Origin: a virus
Length of the DNA: 64,000 nt
Strand: one strand, 5' to 3'
IMG/VR virus record: IMGVR_UViG_3300035050_000132
Span: 30,591 to 94,590 of that record
This document shows, piece after piece, positions 21,001 to 31,900 of the stretch. The position numbers were made by a program, and so were the translations under genes. The notes beneath the pieces were generated by a model. It saw nothing but the letters and a program-made list of their open reading frames with translations, made no database searches and was not told the DNA's origin. Each line of letters opens with the position of its first letter. Position 1 is the stretch's first letter.

Positions 21001-24000
21001 TATATCTATTATTACAGTTTTAATATCCTCTATAGTATCTAAATTACCATAATAAAGTGAAGCTTGTGGTGCAACATTTAAAGAATAACTGTAGTCAGAT
21101 AGCCCTGTACCAACAGACACCCAATCACAATTAAAACCACCATATTTTCTATAAGCTTTTGAAATATCTGGATAAATACCCAAATTTTGCATAATAAGAT
21201 CTTCACCTAAACCACAAATCAAAGGAAATTTGAGCCAACGAGCATCTACTTTTGAATTTATTACATAATTTTTCCACATCACCCTACTTGTAAGATCAGT
21301 AGACCCCACGACATTTGTAGAAAGTTTGTAACACTTTATAATTACGACACCTGTTCCACCAGAACCAGCAGCCTGCCCACCAACACCACCACCACCACCA
21401 GAACCTGTACCATTAACACCACTAGTAGGCATTTGACCAATACCACCACCGTTACCACCAATTTTAGACCCGCCGTAACCTATAATAGTAGATCTAGAAG
21501 CGCCGCCGCCACCTGCAGCATAATATTTAATATTACCAGTTATATTATTTTTTTGGCCAGTACCACCATCACCAGCATTGTTAGACTGGGCGTCTTGGCC
21601 AACTGAGCCAGCACCACCACCCCCGCCCCCAGAACCAAAGTAAGAATAAACAGTATAATACTCATAACCTTGGCCACCATCATTCCCTTGACCAAAAGTA
21701 CCATGGCCGCCAGCACCGTCAGGACCGTGGCCCCAAGCGCCGCCGCCGCCACCTGATCCACCATCACGTCCTATACAGTCTCCAGCCACAATACCCCCAC
21801 CACCACCGCCGCCGCCTACAGCAGTAAAACCAAAGGCAGATGAATCCCCACCATTTGCCCCTGGTACGATATCAGAACTACCCACACCACCGCCGCCAAC
21901 TGTTATTTCATAAATTTCACTGGGAGTTGTCTGAAATCTTTCTAAAAATATAAAACCACCGGCACCGCCGCCGCCACCCCAACCACTTCCCCAATAGTCA
22001 TTATCAACAGTACCACCAGCACCACCGCCGCCAACAATAAGTACATCTACAAAAACATCAGCTATTTCTGGAGCAGTCCATATATGAACACCACTTGTAT
22101 TAAAAACATTTAAACTAATAAGTTCTAACGCTTCTTCACCAACCTCAATATCAGAATCAAATAGATTTAGTAAATCATCAGAATCTCCATAATTTCTAAT
22201 AAAATCTAATGAATACACGTCCCCTAAATCAACAACAAAATAATTATTATAAGATTCATTACTTAAAGTGAGTTGGGACGAAACTTCACCTAAAATAGGC
22301 ATAAAATCATATATCCGTGAATATACAGTATAAACATATGACCCCATATAAATACGTAACCAAGAAGCATAAACTGTTGTAAATGTAAAGAAATAACCAA
22401 TAATAGTACCATCAAAAGCATAGTATGGTACAAACTCGGCACCAGTCGCTATGTGGGACCAAGAACCGTCTATACCATTTGTAGAATCTACTGAATATTC
22501 CAAGGAAGCGTAATTTTGGAAACTGGTAATATAACCCAATCGCAACTTTATACCAGACACAGGTTGGATACCCCTCAAATCCATTAAATAATGTGGCTGC
22601 TCTGCTAAAGCATATGTATAATAAGAACTATCAAAATAAAGATCGTTGGCTGTTGGACATAAACTATGTGTTGTACCATTATAATTTATAGCATACACAT
22701 AATAATTACTTTTAGCCGCATCCAAATGTGAATACATACATAAATTTCTAAAACCTAATGTATAGTCATCAATACTTTGATCTAAATTTGGTGCATATAA
22801 ACAATAATACCTATAAGGTATAATAGTATTTAGTTCAAATTCAAGGTTTTGGCCACTATACAAACTACCAGAAATAGTGGATAGCAAATCTTTAGGTTTT
22901 GTTAACCAATTTATATCTGGATCATTAGAACCATAAACTTGAATAACATCAGGTAAATCAGGTAAAGAAGTATAAGTTTGCCCTCTAAGCTCCACACGCA
23001 ATGAATCAATGGTACAAGCGTTACCCTCGCCAAAATCATAAGCTACCCATAATGGAAGGGTACCAACATCTAACCAAACATATCTATTTGAGTCACCTCT
23101 ATAAGTAGTATAATAAGGATTCATATTCCCTGTACCTCTATACTGATAAGTGTAACGAATATAACCAGAAGCAACAAAAGTAGAATCGTTTTCGGTAGTC
23201 ATTCTTAATTTAGAAGAATTTCTAGCCCAAGTTTCATAAACACCGTCGCTCTGATCTGTTATCATTATAATAGCCTGATCTACAGCAGCTTCTTCTGTTG
23301 AAATTTGTATATTATCTAATGCTGTAACAGAATCAAACTCAAATATTAAAGAATCAAAATTACTTATGAAGGGGGTTGCCAACACCTCAACAGAATTTAC
23401 AGCAAATGCAATGTTTGTAGGATCACTACAGGGAGTTACGGCGTCACCAGAACCCCCTAATAATATATACTGATCATCAATAACATCATCCCCTACATGT
23501 TCTAATAACCCGCCATCATAAATAAGTATACCATTAGGTATATCTGCCATATAAGTGGTATCTGTATAGTTATCAGTAGCTGCATATATTTTAATATTTT
23601 TTACACCAGTAGAAGTTTCAGTGCCATAAGAATGATAGTTATTTATAATTATCTCACCAAATGTTTGTGCTTGTTTAAAATTACATATTATCCTAGCTTC
23701 ACTAACTAAGTTACCAGTACGCCAGCTCTGATTATAAGCACTGCTATTTTTCAAAAGAGATGTGTCAAAAGCATTATCGGCAGCATAATAACGATTTAAG
23801 TACGACGATGTATAAGCAATAAAATCAGTACTGGATAAAAAAGACATCTTTTCACCATAAATATCATAAAACTCTATCGAACGTAAACCTATAAAAGATT
23901 CTCCATAACTTTCTGAACAATCTATAACTATAGAGCGTATATCAGAATAAATATTTTTTGTTGCCGGAAGTGCTGTGGGTAAATAAAAATTAGACACATT

Positions 24001-27000
24001 CCCCATAGTAAAAGAAATATTAGCCAACCTACTTGAAAAATAAGTACGATCTGGCTCAATAACTATAAATTCGGTAGACTCTTCTCTATCAGTAAGTTTT
24101 ATATAATTTAGATCTTTAGAAACTTTTTCAAATACCAGCCTTAGTTGGCCATGTATTGAGGCTATCTGAGATCTATTAATAGAAGCGCTACCATAGTCAC
24201 TATCAGAATACCCTTCTAGATCATACACAGAATCTGGATCATATGAGGAGGCTGTTAAGGTTATTTCTTCATGATCAGCAGTAATAGTTACATATAACAA
24301 AGGATTTTCCACAGTATCTTGTAATTCTACAGAAAATGAATAATTTGTAAAATAACTATGGGGAAAAAATGTAAAATCAACAATAGTTTTAAAACTATTA
24401 CAATAATAAGGCAATGAAGCAGTCAATCTACCTACAGAACCTGGTGGCATAATTGTAGGATAAAATCCTTCATTTTGAGTAGATAAGAAATATATACCAG
24501 AACTATTAGTAGGGGTCCAGGTATCTAAATATGAGCTATCTAAAAAAGTATAATCAAAAACAGTGGTAGCACAAATAACACCCTCAGAATCAAATGATAC
24601 TGGTATTTTATATGATGAACTATCGCCTGTAGCTACTTGCATGTAGACAGACTCATGCTCTATTTGAAGTGTGTTATTTAAAATTTTAAAAGCATTTAAA
24701 GGCCTAATTACCATATCACCAAATACTATTTTCCAATAACGACTGGCTACTTGATCAAAATAAATACTCGCTACATAACTATCAGGCCTATTAGAATAAT
24801 TGAGCTCATTATCGACAGACAACGTGCCAAAAGACCGCCAATTTTTATTGTAATCATATGTATACGCTGACTTACCATCTATCAAATTTTTTAAATAATA
24901 TGAAGGGCAGTTTATAGCTATTTGATTATTATAAGATATTAAAGGGTAATCTTTATTTTTATGTACAACAGCGCCAGGGCCAATTTCGCCATATAAAGTG
25001 GTTTCCTCCGATGACAATTTAACCCAAGATAACAAATTATAAAAACTAATTAAACTTTTAGGTATATTAACATATAAATGTAAAGGAACATCGTATATAT
25101 TTTCTACTTCTATACAAGAAATAGAAGACATTTCGCCTTTTTTTGCAGTAGTAGGTATAATAGAATCAACACAATTAACAGACCCCTTACCACTCTCATC
25201 TATAGATAATGATAATTCATACATCTCAAACTCATCCTGTGGTTCTACTGCCATTTTAAAATATCTTGGAGAAGATGATACAAAAGCACTAATTAATGTA
25301 GTATCATCAGGATCGTTATCAAAAAGTAACGTGTCCCAAGTGTCCCCATATACTGAAGTCTGTATCAAAATATTATCTATAAGAGTAGGCTTGATATCAA
25401 ATTTACTATATAATTCTATTTCAATTATTTTAGTACTCTTATGCCAATCAGAATATAACATAAACCCGTAGGCCGCAACAGGATCAAAATTGTAATCCAC
25501 CACATTCCATTCTGTATTTCCAGCAATTAAGTAAAGATCTGAATTAGTAATTGTACCATTTACATAACCTAATCTTGAATCTGGTAAAGGGTTGGTGGTT
25601 ATAAAAGTTCCTACAGTCCAATCACCTGAAGCTGCCGCATCTGGATCTGGATAATATGTTACCCCATCTAAAGATACTGAAGTTATACTATCTATATACT
25701 GATAACCAATAACTTCAGCATTTCCACCCACACTATCCGCACCTAGATAATATGAAATGCCCATTTTTTTAAAATTAGGAGATTCTTTAAAATACACAGT
25801 AGCTCTATGTAAATAAACTTGTTTATTTTCAGGAACAGTTATATATAATTGTATAGGATCATTTTCATAATCTGTAGGATTTTGACTATAGTAAGGATAG
25901 TTAAATTCAGATTTAGAATCATATCTGGTATAACCATTTAACCACTCCGCATCACCATTAACATAAAAATATGTATGCTCGCCATATGTAGCCAAACCTT
26001 CAGTATGATCATAAGAAGTACCCTCCCTACCACTATCAGCAGTTACGGAACAGTCACTTAAACTATCTAAACCGTAAGCCATATTTAAATGCTCAATTGT
26101 ATAAGAAGTATTATTAACCACATTTGTTACTATATGAGTATGTTTTTCACCAAATAAATTACACTTCCAATCGACGTCTAAGCAGGCAGCTAAATTATAT
26201 TCAAAGTAATCACCATATTCTTTACCATAAACTTGGAATTTATTAATATTAAACCTCTTACCTAAATCAATATCTAACTTGAGACCGTCTTGTAATCTGT
26301 TGCTATATGCATAATAAGAAGGGCCTATGACTCCCTTAGAATACAAACTGCCAGGATCAAAATTCAAAGAAACATCGGTTGATGCTGGTAGTATACACAT
26401 AGTTGCATTCGGTAATCTATTTTTTGAAGAAAATGGACATAATAGATCTATGTTCTTAAAACCTATAAGATCCCCTTTAGATACTAACAAATTAAAACTT
26501 AAATAATTAGTTGTAACCGTTCTAGAATATACACTACCAGTGACTTCTTCTGGAATAGTATAAGAATCAATACATAATAAAGTTCCATCCTTATAAGGCC
26601 TAAAAATTAATACTTCACCTATCAAATTAGGACTAACAGAACCACCAATCTTTATATTATTTAATCTACCACAATCACTAATAGGGTGTGTAAAATCTAT
26701 AATTATTTTTTCTGCACCATCAAGCTTAGTATAATAATCGGCGCTGTGGGACACACTTATAGTATTTGATGACAAAGACTCATAGTAACTACGACGGCCA
26801 GCGTCTACTACAGGCTGATTTGGATTGTGAAAATAACCTAACGATTTAAAATCATTATTAATTAATTTTGATATTTCAAAATTTCTAAGCCTACGTGAAG
26901 CGGCATATTCAAAACCGGTAGCAGGTGGTGTGCTATCTATTTGAGTGTATGTTGGTAAACCAGCTGTATAAAAACCTAGAACTTCAGCAGCAGTTCCTCC

Positions 27001-28569
27001 CGAAATTACTATATTTGTACCTACCACATTATTTTCATCAGTGGCCACCTGCCCAAAGGTATCTTGTAACCAAATACTACTTATTTTTTCAATAGTATTG
27101 TTTGTAGCACTAGATCCATAACTACCATCAAAAGTATACGTTGGTACATTATCCTGACCCACACTAACAAAAAGACAATTAATAGTATAAGTATTATTAG
27201 CAGTAAGTTTTAACGTCTTAGTAATAGCTGTATCATCATATAAAATGCCAGCATCACCATAATTTTCAACTACAAAATCATTATTAGTAACGTCAAGAAC
27301 ATCTAAACGTGCTGAAGAGTTTATAAAACCAACTAAAATATCTACATCAGTAACTGATGGGTATATTAATGTTATTTCACCATAATCATATATACTACAA
27401 CAAACACTAACTATGTTGATAGGCTCTGCAGACTTTATGGCTAATATATTAGTAAAATAACCTTCATCCGTCAAAACATCAATTAATGGATCAGCATTGA
27501 CATAATAACTACTGTTAGTATTTAAAAAATTACCATACACAACTCCCATAAAAGCACTCAAATCACCATAAAGTACATAAAAATATTCAAAAGGTTTATA
27601 ATAATAAACACCTACAGAATCCAAAGCACTGATAAAAGAATCTGATATAGAATAAGCATGTATATAGAGTGTGAATTCTGTCCCCATAGTAAGGGGTACC
27701 ACATCCGAAGTAGAAACTAAATTTCCAGAAACTATCTTTAGTTTATTATCCTCAGTATGTTCTACGGTAGCATAAGCGTAGGAGCCTATGTCAATCTTAT
27801 TTAAACACTCAGCCAATCTTTTTGCCATATTAACACCAGACACATGCTCATTACTACCGAGGTTAATAAGCTCATCACCATAACCATCAATATTTACTAT
27901 TAATGAGTCTGATACACCAGATAATGTGGTGTAATAAGAACTACCTACATCAGCAGTTGCCGAACTAAAATTACCGGTTCCAGGACAAGGGTGGGAATAC
28001 CTAGTGTAATAAGAACATTGTGTATTTAAACAAGCAAAATTAGTGACTGATTCTAACCTGATATATCTAATAGCGAAAGAAATACCCTCATAACCATTTT
28101 CAAATAATATTACACGTAAAGCGGTTATAGTATTAGCCCAATACTGATGCTCATCTAGAGGCAGATCACACAGGAACCAAGACTCTGTGCTCCTTATATC
28201 AAAAACTTCAGACTTATTATCATCCCAAGAATCATCAGCACTAGTTTTCCATTGTATTTTACCAGTTGTAGGGGGATCTTTGTAAGGATTTTCAGGCGCT
28301 GTTATCTTCAACATCATCCTAAAAATAGGGAAATCTTCGGCAACAACGGGGGATATATTATCAGTACGACCTATGTAGCAAGTAGTAGTATTTGATGTGC
28401 CAAATAGAGCTTTATTCCAACAACCATATAAGTATATATTGTCATAAACATCCCAACCCTCTACGTCACCATTTGTTGTAAATGTACAATCGTAGCCTCG
28501 ATTAATATCGTATATACAACCACAATCATTTCGTATACTCTCCGCGCTTTGTAATATGTTTTTTATCAT
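18043..28569 (-). CDS. Giant multi-domain virion protein (3508 aa), probable tail fibre/adhesin
   Basis: Uninterrupted ORF with a sheath-like N-proximal domain, several F5/8/discoidin-like domains, a Gly-rich domain (VLIVGGGGAGG...GVVII) and a C-terminal LamG (GTVEFWVKP...HIAVVW...LYIN...LGGG...FSHVKVYD). Confidence 0.75.
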   Translation of the reverse strand: MIKNILQSAESIRNDCGCIYDINRGYDCTFTTNGDVEGWDVYDNIYLYGCWNKALFGTSNTTTCYIGRTDNISPVVAEDFPIFRMMLKITAPENPYKDPPTTGKIQWKTSADDSWDDNKSEVFDIRSTESWFLCDLPLDEHQYWANTITALRVILFENGYEGISFAIRYIRLESVTNFACLNTQCSYYTRYSHPCPGTGNFSSATADVGSSYYTTLSGVSDSLIVNIDGYGDELINLGSNEHVSGVNMAKRLAECLNKIDIGSYAYATVEHTEDNKLKIVSGNLVSTSDVVPLTMGTEFTLYIHAYSISDSFISALDSVGVYYYKPFEYFYVLYGDLSAFMGVVYGNFLNTNSSYYVNADPLIDVLTDEGYFTNILAIKSAEPINIVSVCCSIYDYGEITLIYPSVTDVDILVGFINSSARLDVLDVTNNDFVVENYGDAGILYDDTAITKTLKLTANNTYTINCLFVSVGQDNVPTYTFDGSYGSSATNNTIEKISSIWLQDTFGQVATDENNVVGTNIVISGGTAAEVLGFYTAGLPTYTQIDSTPPATGFEYAASRRLRNFEISKLINNDFKSLGYFHNPNQPVVDAGRRSYYESLSSNTISVSHSADYYTKLDGAEKIIIDFTHPISDCGRLNNIKIGGSVSPNLIGEVLIFRPYKDGTLLCIDSYTIPEEVTGSVYSRTVTTNYLSFNLLVSKGDLIGFKNIDLLCPFSSKNRLPNATMCILPASTDVSLNFDPGSLYSKGVIGPSYYAYSNRLQDGLKLDIDLGKRFNINKFQVYGKEYGDYFEYNLAACLDVDWKCNLFGEKHTHIVTNVVNNTSYTIEHLNMAYGLDSLSDCSVTADSGREGTSYDHTEGLATYGEHTYFYVNGDAEWLNGYTRYDSKSEFNYPYYSQNPTDYENDPIQLYITVPENKQVYLHRATVYFKESPNFKKMGISYYLGADSVGGNAEVIGYQYIDSITSVSLDGVTYYPDPDAAASGDWTVGTFITTNPLPDSRLGYVNGTITNSDLYLIAGNTEWNVVDYNFDPVAAYGFMLYSDWHKSTKIIEIELYSKFDIKPTLIDNILIQTSVYGDTWDTLLFDNDPDDTTLISAFVSSSPRYFKMAVEPQDEFEMYELSLSIDESGKGSVNCVDSIIPTTAKKGEMSSISCIEVENIYDVPLHLYVNIPKSLISFYNLLSWVKLSSEETTLYGEIGPGAVVHKNKDYPLISYNNQIAINCPSYYLKNLIDGKSAYTYDYNKNWRSFGTLSVDNELNYSNRPDSYVASIYFDQVASRYWKIVFGDMVIRPLNAFKILNNTLQIEHESVYMQVATGDSSSYKIPVSFDSEGVICATTVFDYTFLDSSYLDTWTPTNSSGIYFLSTQNEGFYPTIMPPGSVGRLTASLPYYCNSFKTIVDFTFFPHSYFTNYSFSVELQDTVENPLLYVTITADHEEITLTASSYDPDSVYDLEGYSDSDYGSASINRSQIASIHGQLRLVFEKVSKDLNYIKLTDREESTEFIVIEPDRTYFSSRLANISFTMGNVSNFYLPTALPATKNIYSDIRSIVIDCSESYGESFIGLRSIEFYDIYGEKMSFLSSTDFIAYTSSYLNRYYAADNAFDTSLLKNSSAYNQSWRTGNLVSEARIICNFKQAQTFGEIIINNYHSYGTETSTGVKNIKIYAATDNYTDTTYMADIPNGILIYDGGLLEHVGDDVIDDQYILLGGSGDAVTPCSDPTNIAFAVNSVEVLATPFISNFDSLIFEFDSVTALDNIQISTEEAAVDQAIIMITDQSDGVYETWARNSSKLRMTTENDSTFVASGYIRYTYQYRGTGNMNPYYTTYRGDSNRYVWLDVGTLPLWVAYDFGEGNACTIDSLRVELRGQTYTSLPDLPDVIQVYGSNDPDINWLTKPKDLLSTISGSLYSGQNLEFELNTIIPYRYYCLYAPNLDQSIDDYTLGFRNLCMYSHLDAAKSNYYVYAINYNGTTHSLCPTANDLYFDSSYYTYALAEQPHYLMDLRGIQPVSGIKLRLGYITSFQNYASLEYSVDSTNGIDGSWSHIATGAEFVPYYAFDGTIIGYFFTFTTVYASWLRIYMGSYVYTVYSRIYDFMPILGEVSSQLTLSNESYNNYFVVDLGDVYSLDFIRNYGDSDDLLNLFDSDIEVGEEALELISLNVFNTSGVHIWTAPEIADVFVDVLIVGGGGAGGTVDNDYWGSGWGGGGGAGGFIFLERFQTTPSEIYEITVGGGGVGSSDIVPGANGGDSSAFGFTAVGGGGGGGGIVAGDCIGRDGGSGGGGGAWGHGPDGAGGHGTFGQGNDGGQGYEYYTVYSYFGSGGGGGGAGSVGQDAQSNNAGDGGTGQKNNITGNIKYYAAGGGGASRSTIIGYGGSKIGGNGGGIGQMPTSGVNGTGSGGGGGVGGQAAGSGGTGVVIIKCYKLSTNVVGSTDLTSRVMWKNYVINSKVDARWLKFPLICGLGEDLIMQNLGIYPDISKAYRKYGGFNCDWVSVGTGLSDYSYSLNVAPQASLYYGNLDTIEDIKTVIIDIYTNHGSQYTTLAAVELYDENGDLINLYYGEDYVADNYTPLASTGIYPEYVFNTNNSNIGHIWNTCWNTYRYTTGSVRISCILNESVKLSKIAIQNAHNSGSLTTYGAKLVAVWLSSEAITSTVFEEFDNNTLLVFYDELPQHAPVNAEDRYLIDLVTFTSPVNTYFNTYYPSKCIQGDSTLTGYSNSWGFGGSSGNKYPTLELKLDYVYNIKTFKLTHAPDDDDTESFINTSYRISGKADEADMYTQLFYITNNTQFYREHTLDNPIYLRYIKLEIISYEMDDEYYYYDATTGTPILINGGFLREFEIWTSGGGVTLNSEEHPVVCMNLKEAQTTDAHELVTLKESVEDITWDNSEEFFSYSDNVFDDPNKVSFQSSSGNVTMYSTSDSYMGYDAGEDTVYVEGDIYLHEGSYKLSWESYNALYADSIRIVLKGADTVKCINSNIDDSWRIQVNYFSIDTAGYYTMYLERLCEYSGYWGARTISIVKNTSNTKWISVKRDTATNHAWTDNSDDYGVDYINRIRVYAENTYLPTEFPWFWSSVVSTISREHANVKEGRYALRVDYPTSSGVDRVDFLEGDHFGWDENWSVKDTLSFWWFISDLDNLYVDEGGFGFGSFNGGDKVTFVDIYGEDKKLEAKQAYYLWDFKDMNLKNGWNEIKLQFDRNTCTAPLQGSSTGFLEEELNFRENYFTSFGMVYKGVGEPFYMLFDGLKIERNYYNDVVKDDKGLCLTWKEYAEIPLAGVTLYTGTVEFWVKPYTLTNGRDIFCNTYSRVLFTLTNNYNEIICLTMKSSGWFEIGFGGARYNFNTLSLDPAEYDLSAVSFDIDEPFHIAVVWSNSGTNMDNSDTLRLYINNTLVISSQNTWEVSDTKSSLLRLGGGSTILANNNDEEGSAIFSHVKVYDYCKDSFALNTHIPEDLETAQGNEPIRISKDGVDFYNYNSDELPLKYEEVGPGEKVKIYTRIDKTNKKCSTDSGTLEIDWEVIV

Positions 28570-28954
28570 TAAGTATTTTCCTCACAGGACATTCTTTTAT
28601 AACGTCATTATAGCAATAACCCGAATCATCAACTACACCATGACATATACCACAAAAAGATACACCGTTAGATTCCTCAACGGTAGAATTATCAAAATTT
28701 TGATAAACAAAACTATACCTCATATCTAAAACTAATTTGACAATTTTCTTTTTAATAAGGTTTATAACAGAAGTCAAACTAACTACTTTAACAGCCCCAC
28801 AACGTCTACAAATATAAACAACTTCTTCGGGTAAACTGTCAAAATCAATGTCAGCTTCCTCATCTAATATAGTAGTTACATTACTATCATAAAATGAAGC
28901 AGAATGCCTGTAATCTAAAACCATAGCTACATTACATTTATCACAATTAATCAT
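28526..28954 (-). CDS. Zinc-finger hypothetical protein (142 aa)
   Basis: CDKC, CRRC, CGIC, CY...CP motifs. Overlaps the start of the 3508 aa gene by 44 nt. Confidence 0.7.
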   Translation of the reverse strand: MINCDKCNVAMVLDYRHSASFYDSNVTTILDEEADIDFDSLPEEVVYICRRCGAVKVVSLTSVINLIKKKIVKLVLDMRYSFVYQNFDNSTVEESNGVSFCGICHGVVDDSGYCYNDVIKECPVRKILNDKKHITKRGEYTK

Positions 28955-28968
28955 AATAATTTTCCTTT

Positions 28969-31900
28969 TTAAGTTGGTACTATAGTATCCCCTTCATTGA
29001 GAATAGGACTTACTTCATAATTCTCAGCAGTATTAAAATAAGCGTTTTGCCAATTCATAGATAATTTTAAATACTCCAAATTGTATGAGACTTGTGTTGT
29101 AGGCGCTGCTGCATTTAAAAATGTAGGAAACAATGTAGGAAGAACTAGTTCAGACTCCTCATCATTCGCCCATATTTTATTTGCGGAAGATCCTCCATAT
29201 TCTTTACTAAATACATTCTTAATGACTGCTTCTGCCAAATCCCTACGTTGTAAATAATTATATGTACCCCAATAATACGCATAAGCAGCATTGTCATATC
29301 CCTGCCCAGTATAAGTAGAATTAGCCTCCTCATCCATACAAGTATATACCCACTCCATAGCACTTTCAGGGCTTCCACAATACATAGTACATTTTTTATC
29401 ATAAAAATTTTCATAATTTGGTATATATTTATGACCCTCACCACTCATAGGCTCAAACTGATTTATTTCAGCTAATTCGGCTAATATAGTATTTTCAAGT
29501 GTAAAAAATGTACCAAAAAAACTTATATTTTCCTCATCAAGAAATTTTGTTAATGATGGTATTATTACTGGCTCCATAACCGACCAAGGGGTACTCATAT
29601 TAAAAGCAGCATCAAAAAGTTTCTTTTGTTCGCGCTCCATCTCCCAAATATCACCAGTTAATGCCTCCTCATCTTCATATAATTTGCCTAATATACGCCC
29701 CCTAACTTTAGACATTATTTTAAAACTATCCGAATCTGAACCATCCATATTAAGAACTCCATCCGAGTAATCCCTTGTGTAAGGTGTAGACTTTTCAATA
29801 GACCTAACATATAAAGTACTGATTTCTTCTGGATCTGTACCTTGTGGAGGAGAATCTCCACTATTACCATAAGATACATAATATTTACGCTCCGTAGTTT
29901 TTATAGGTTCATACGCGTCAGTCAAAATAGCCTCATAAATATCAAAAATATTATAAGATGCGTAATTAATAGATTTATTATATACAGCTAATTCTTCTTC
30001 AGTTAATGCGGCAAGTTCACTATCAATAGGAGTGGCTCTGAACTCTATAATGATGTATAAAGAGCCGGTCATAATATATTCCAAAGTATTATCCCAACTA
30101 TGGGTAATAGTCTCAATTGTTTCCCCAACACTAGAATCCAAGTAAAAAGTTATATAGTCTTTTTCATATAATAAAGTCTCTTTTGTTACACCGTCACTGG
30201 ATGTGTATATTGAAACTGCTGGTAAATGATAATAATTATATATTGGCTTTTTAGGCTCATTTGACGATTCAGTTAACTCATTGCTTCTATCTTCAGAAGA
30301 TTGAGTTGACTCTTCAACAAGAACTGCTCCATAAGTATAAGTTATTTCAGCTGAAGATATGGTCTTAACTTTATTATCAAATGAAGCTACTGCTGTATTT
30401 AAATCCCCAGTACCACAAACCATTACTACTTGTTCACTCTCTGATCCAACATTATTCTGCTCAGCAACATTAGTTTTCACCGATAACAATATAGTAGGTA
30501 AGAAACTACCTATAAAAGCCTCTGAATTAATTGATACAGCCAATCCATTTTGAAAATGTGTTTTCTTTGTGACTGTTTCACCTGCCTCATCTAAATAATA
30601 AGTTTCTACCATACGTTCAGAATTTTCTGCACCATCAAAAGCACCATCAACCTTTAAAGGACAATTAGTATCGAATAAAGTTACCTCATCAAACCAAAGC
30701 TTTTCTTCACTACCACTAAACTCCGACTCATTTTGTCCAGTAAATTCTTCATAAATCTCAAAATTATACTCTTCCTCATCCACCTCTATAGACGCACTTA
30801 TATTATCCTCATTTAACCAATCCTTACCTTCCCAGCTTATACCACGTACTGGACCACCATCCAACTGTATTTTTATATAACCATTATATTCACCAGTAGA
30901 CTCGTCCTTTTCTGGTGCAATAAAACGTAATACATGATAACCCTCAGCAATTACTGTGGTAAACTCCTCTGTTTTGTAATTATAAAGATAATTGGGATAA
31001 CTTATATCTAAAAATTTAAACATACCTAAATTACCATCAGTACCTACTACAAAAGGACCTCCTAAAGTAGTAGTTAATTCTTCATTTGAAAGATTACTAG
31101 ACAAAAAAGATCGTATAAAAGAACGTTTAGAATAATCCTCACCAGAAACTCTTTCTATAGGAACCCACTTCTCTTGCCAAGCCCACTGAATTGTACCGCT
31201 ACCATCAGCCCCATCACCATCATCGTCAAATAAATCTTCAGCTGTCTGTGGGGGCTCGTATTGCTTAAATTCATACCACGGATATATTTTACCCTCTTTT
31301 TTAGAACTAGCATATTTACCTACCACATTAGGGTACCTTAACCTCTCAACAACCGATCTAGCGTGACAAATTTCTTTTAAAGTAAACCTATTTTTATAGT
31401 CAATAGTTTCATTTATACTAACCCCCTCAAAAGATGTTGCTTTAAAAAATCCCAATGGGTTACATACAGGGGCAGCGCCTTCTATAGTGGAAGCACTATA
31501 ACCCCACATAACGCTATCAATATTGTCTAAAAAATCAGACTTACTAAACCCCATAAAAGCAGGCATCAATCGCCAACCAGTGCTCCAAGTTTCACCATCC
31601 ATAGTATATAAATATTGAGTTTTTTCTAATGTTAAATAACTATCTAATTGAGGTCTGTAAGAATTACCAAATTTAGGTAAAACGCTACCTTCTTCAGACC
31701 ACTCCTGTAGCTCGGCGTCACTAACACCAGCACGCACCCTACCATAACCTATAAATGTATTATCACTATTTTTTTCATCACCAAAAGTCCTCCAATTACA
31801 TCTACAAGGCATCAAAAAATTACAACCCCTACCATGCCAAGCATTGAATTTGGAAGGACCTAACATACGCATATCATGATCACCATGCTCTTTTTCACCA

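Noticed and set aside
21330-22125. Collagen-like or PE_PGRS-type foreign gene
   Set aside because: There is no Gly-X-Y periodicity. It matches the common phage Gly-rich tail domain (VLIVGGGGAGG...GVVII) and is in frame within the 3508 aa protein.
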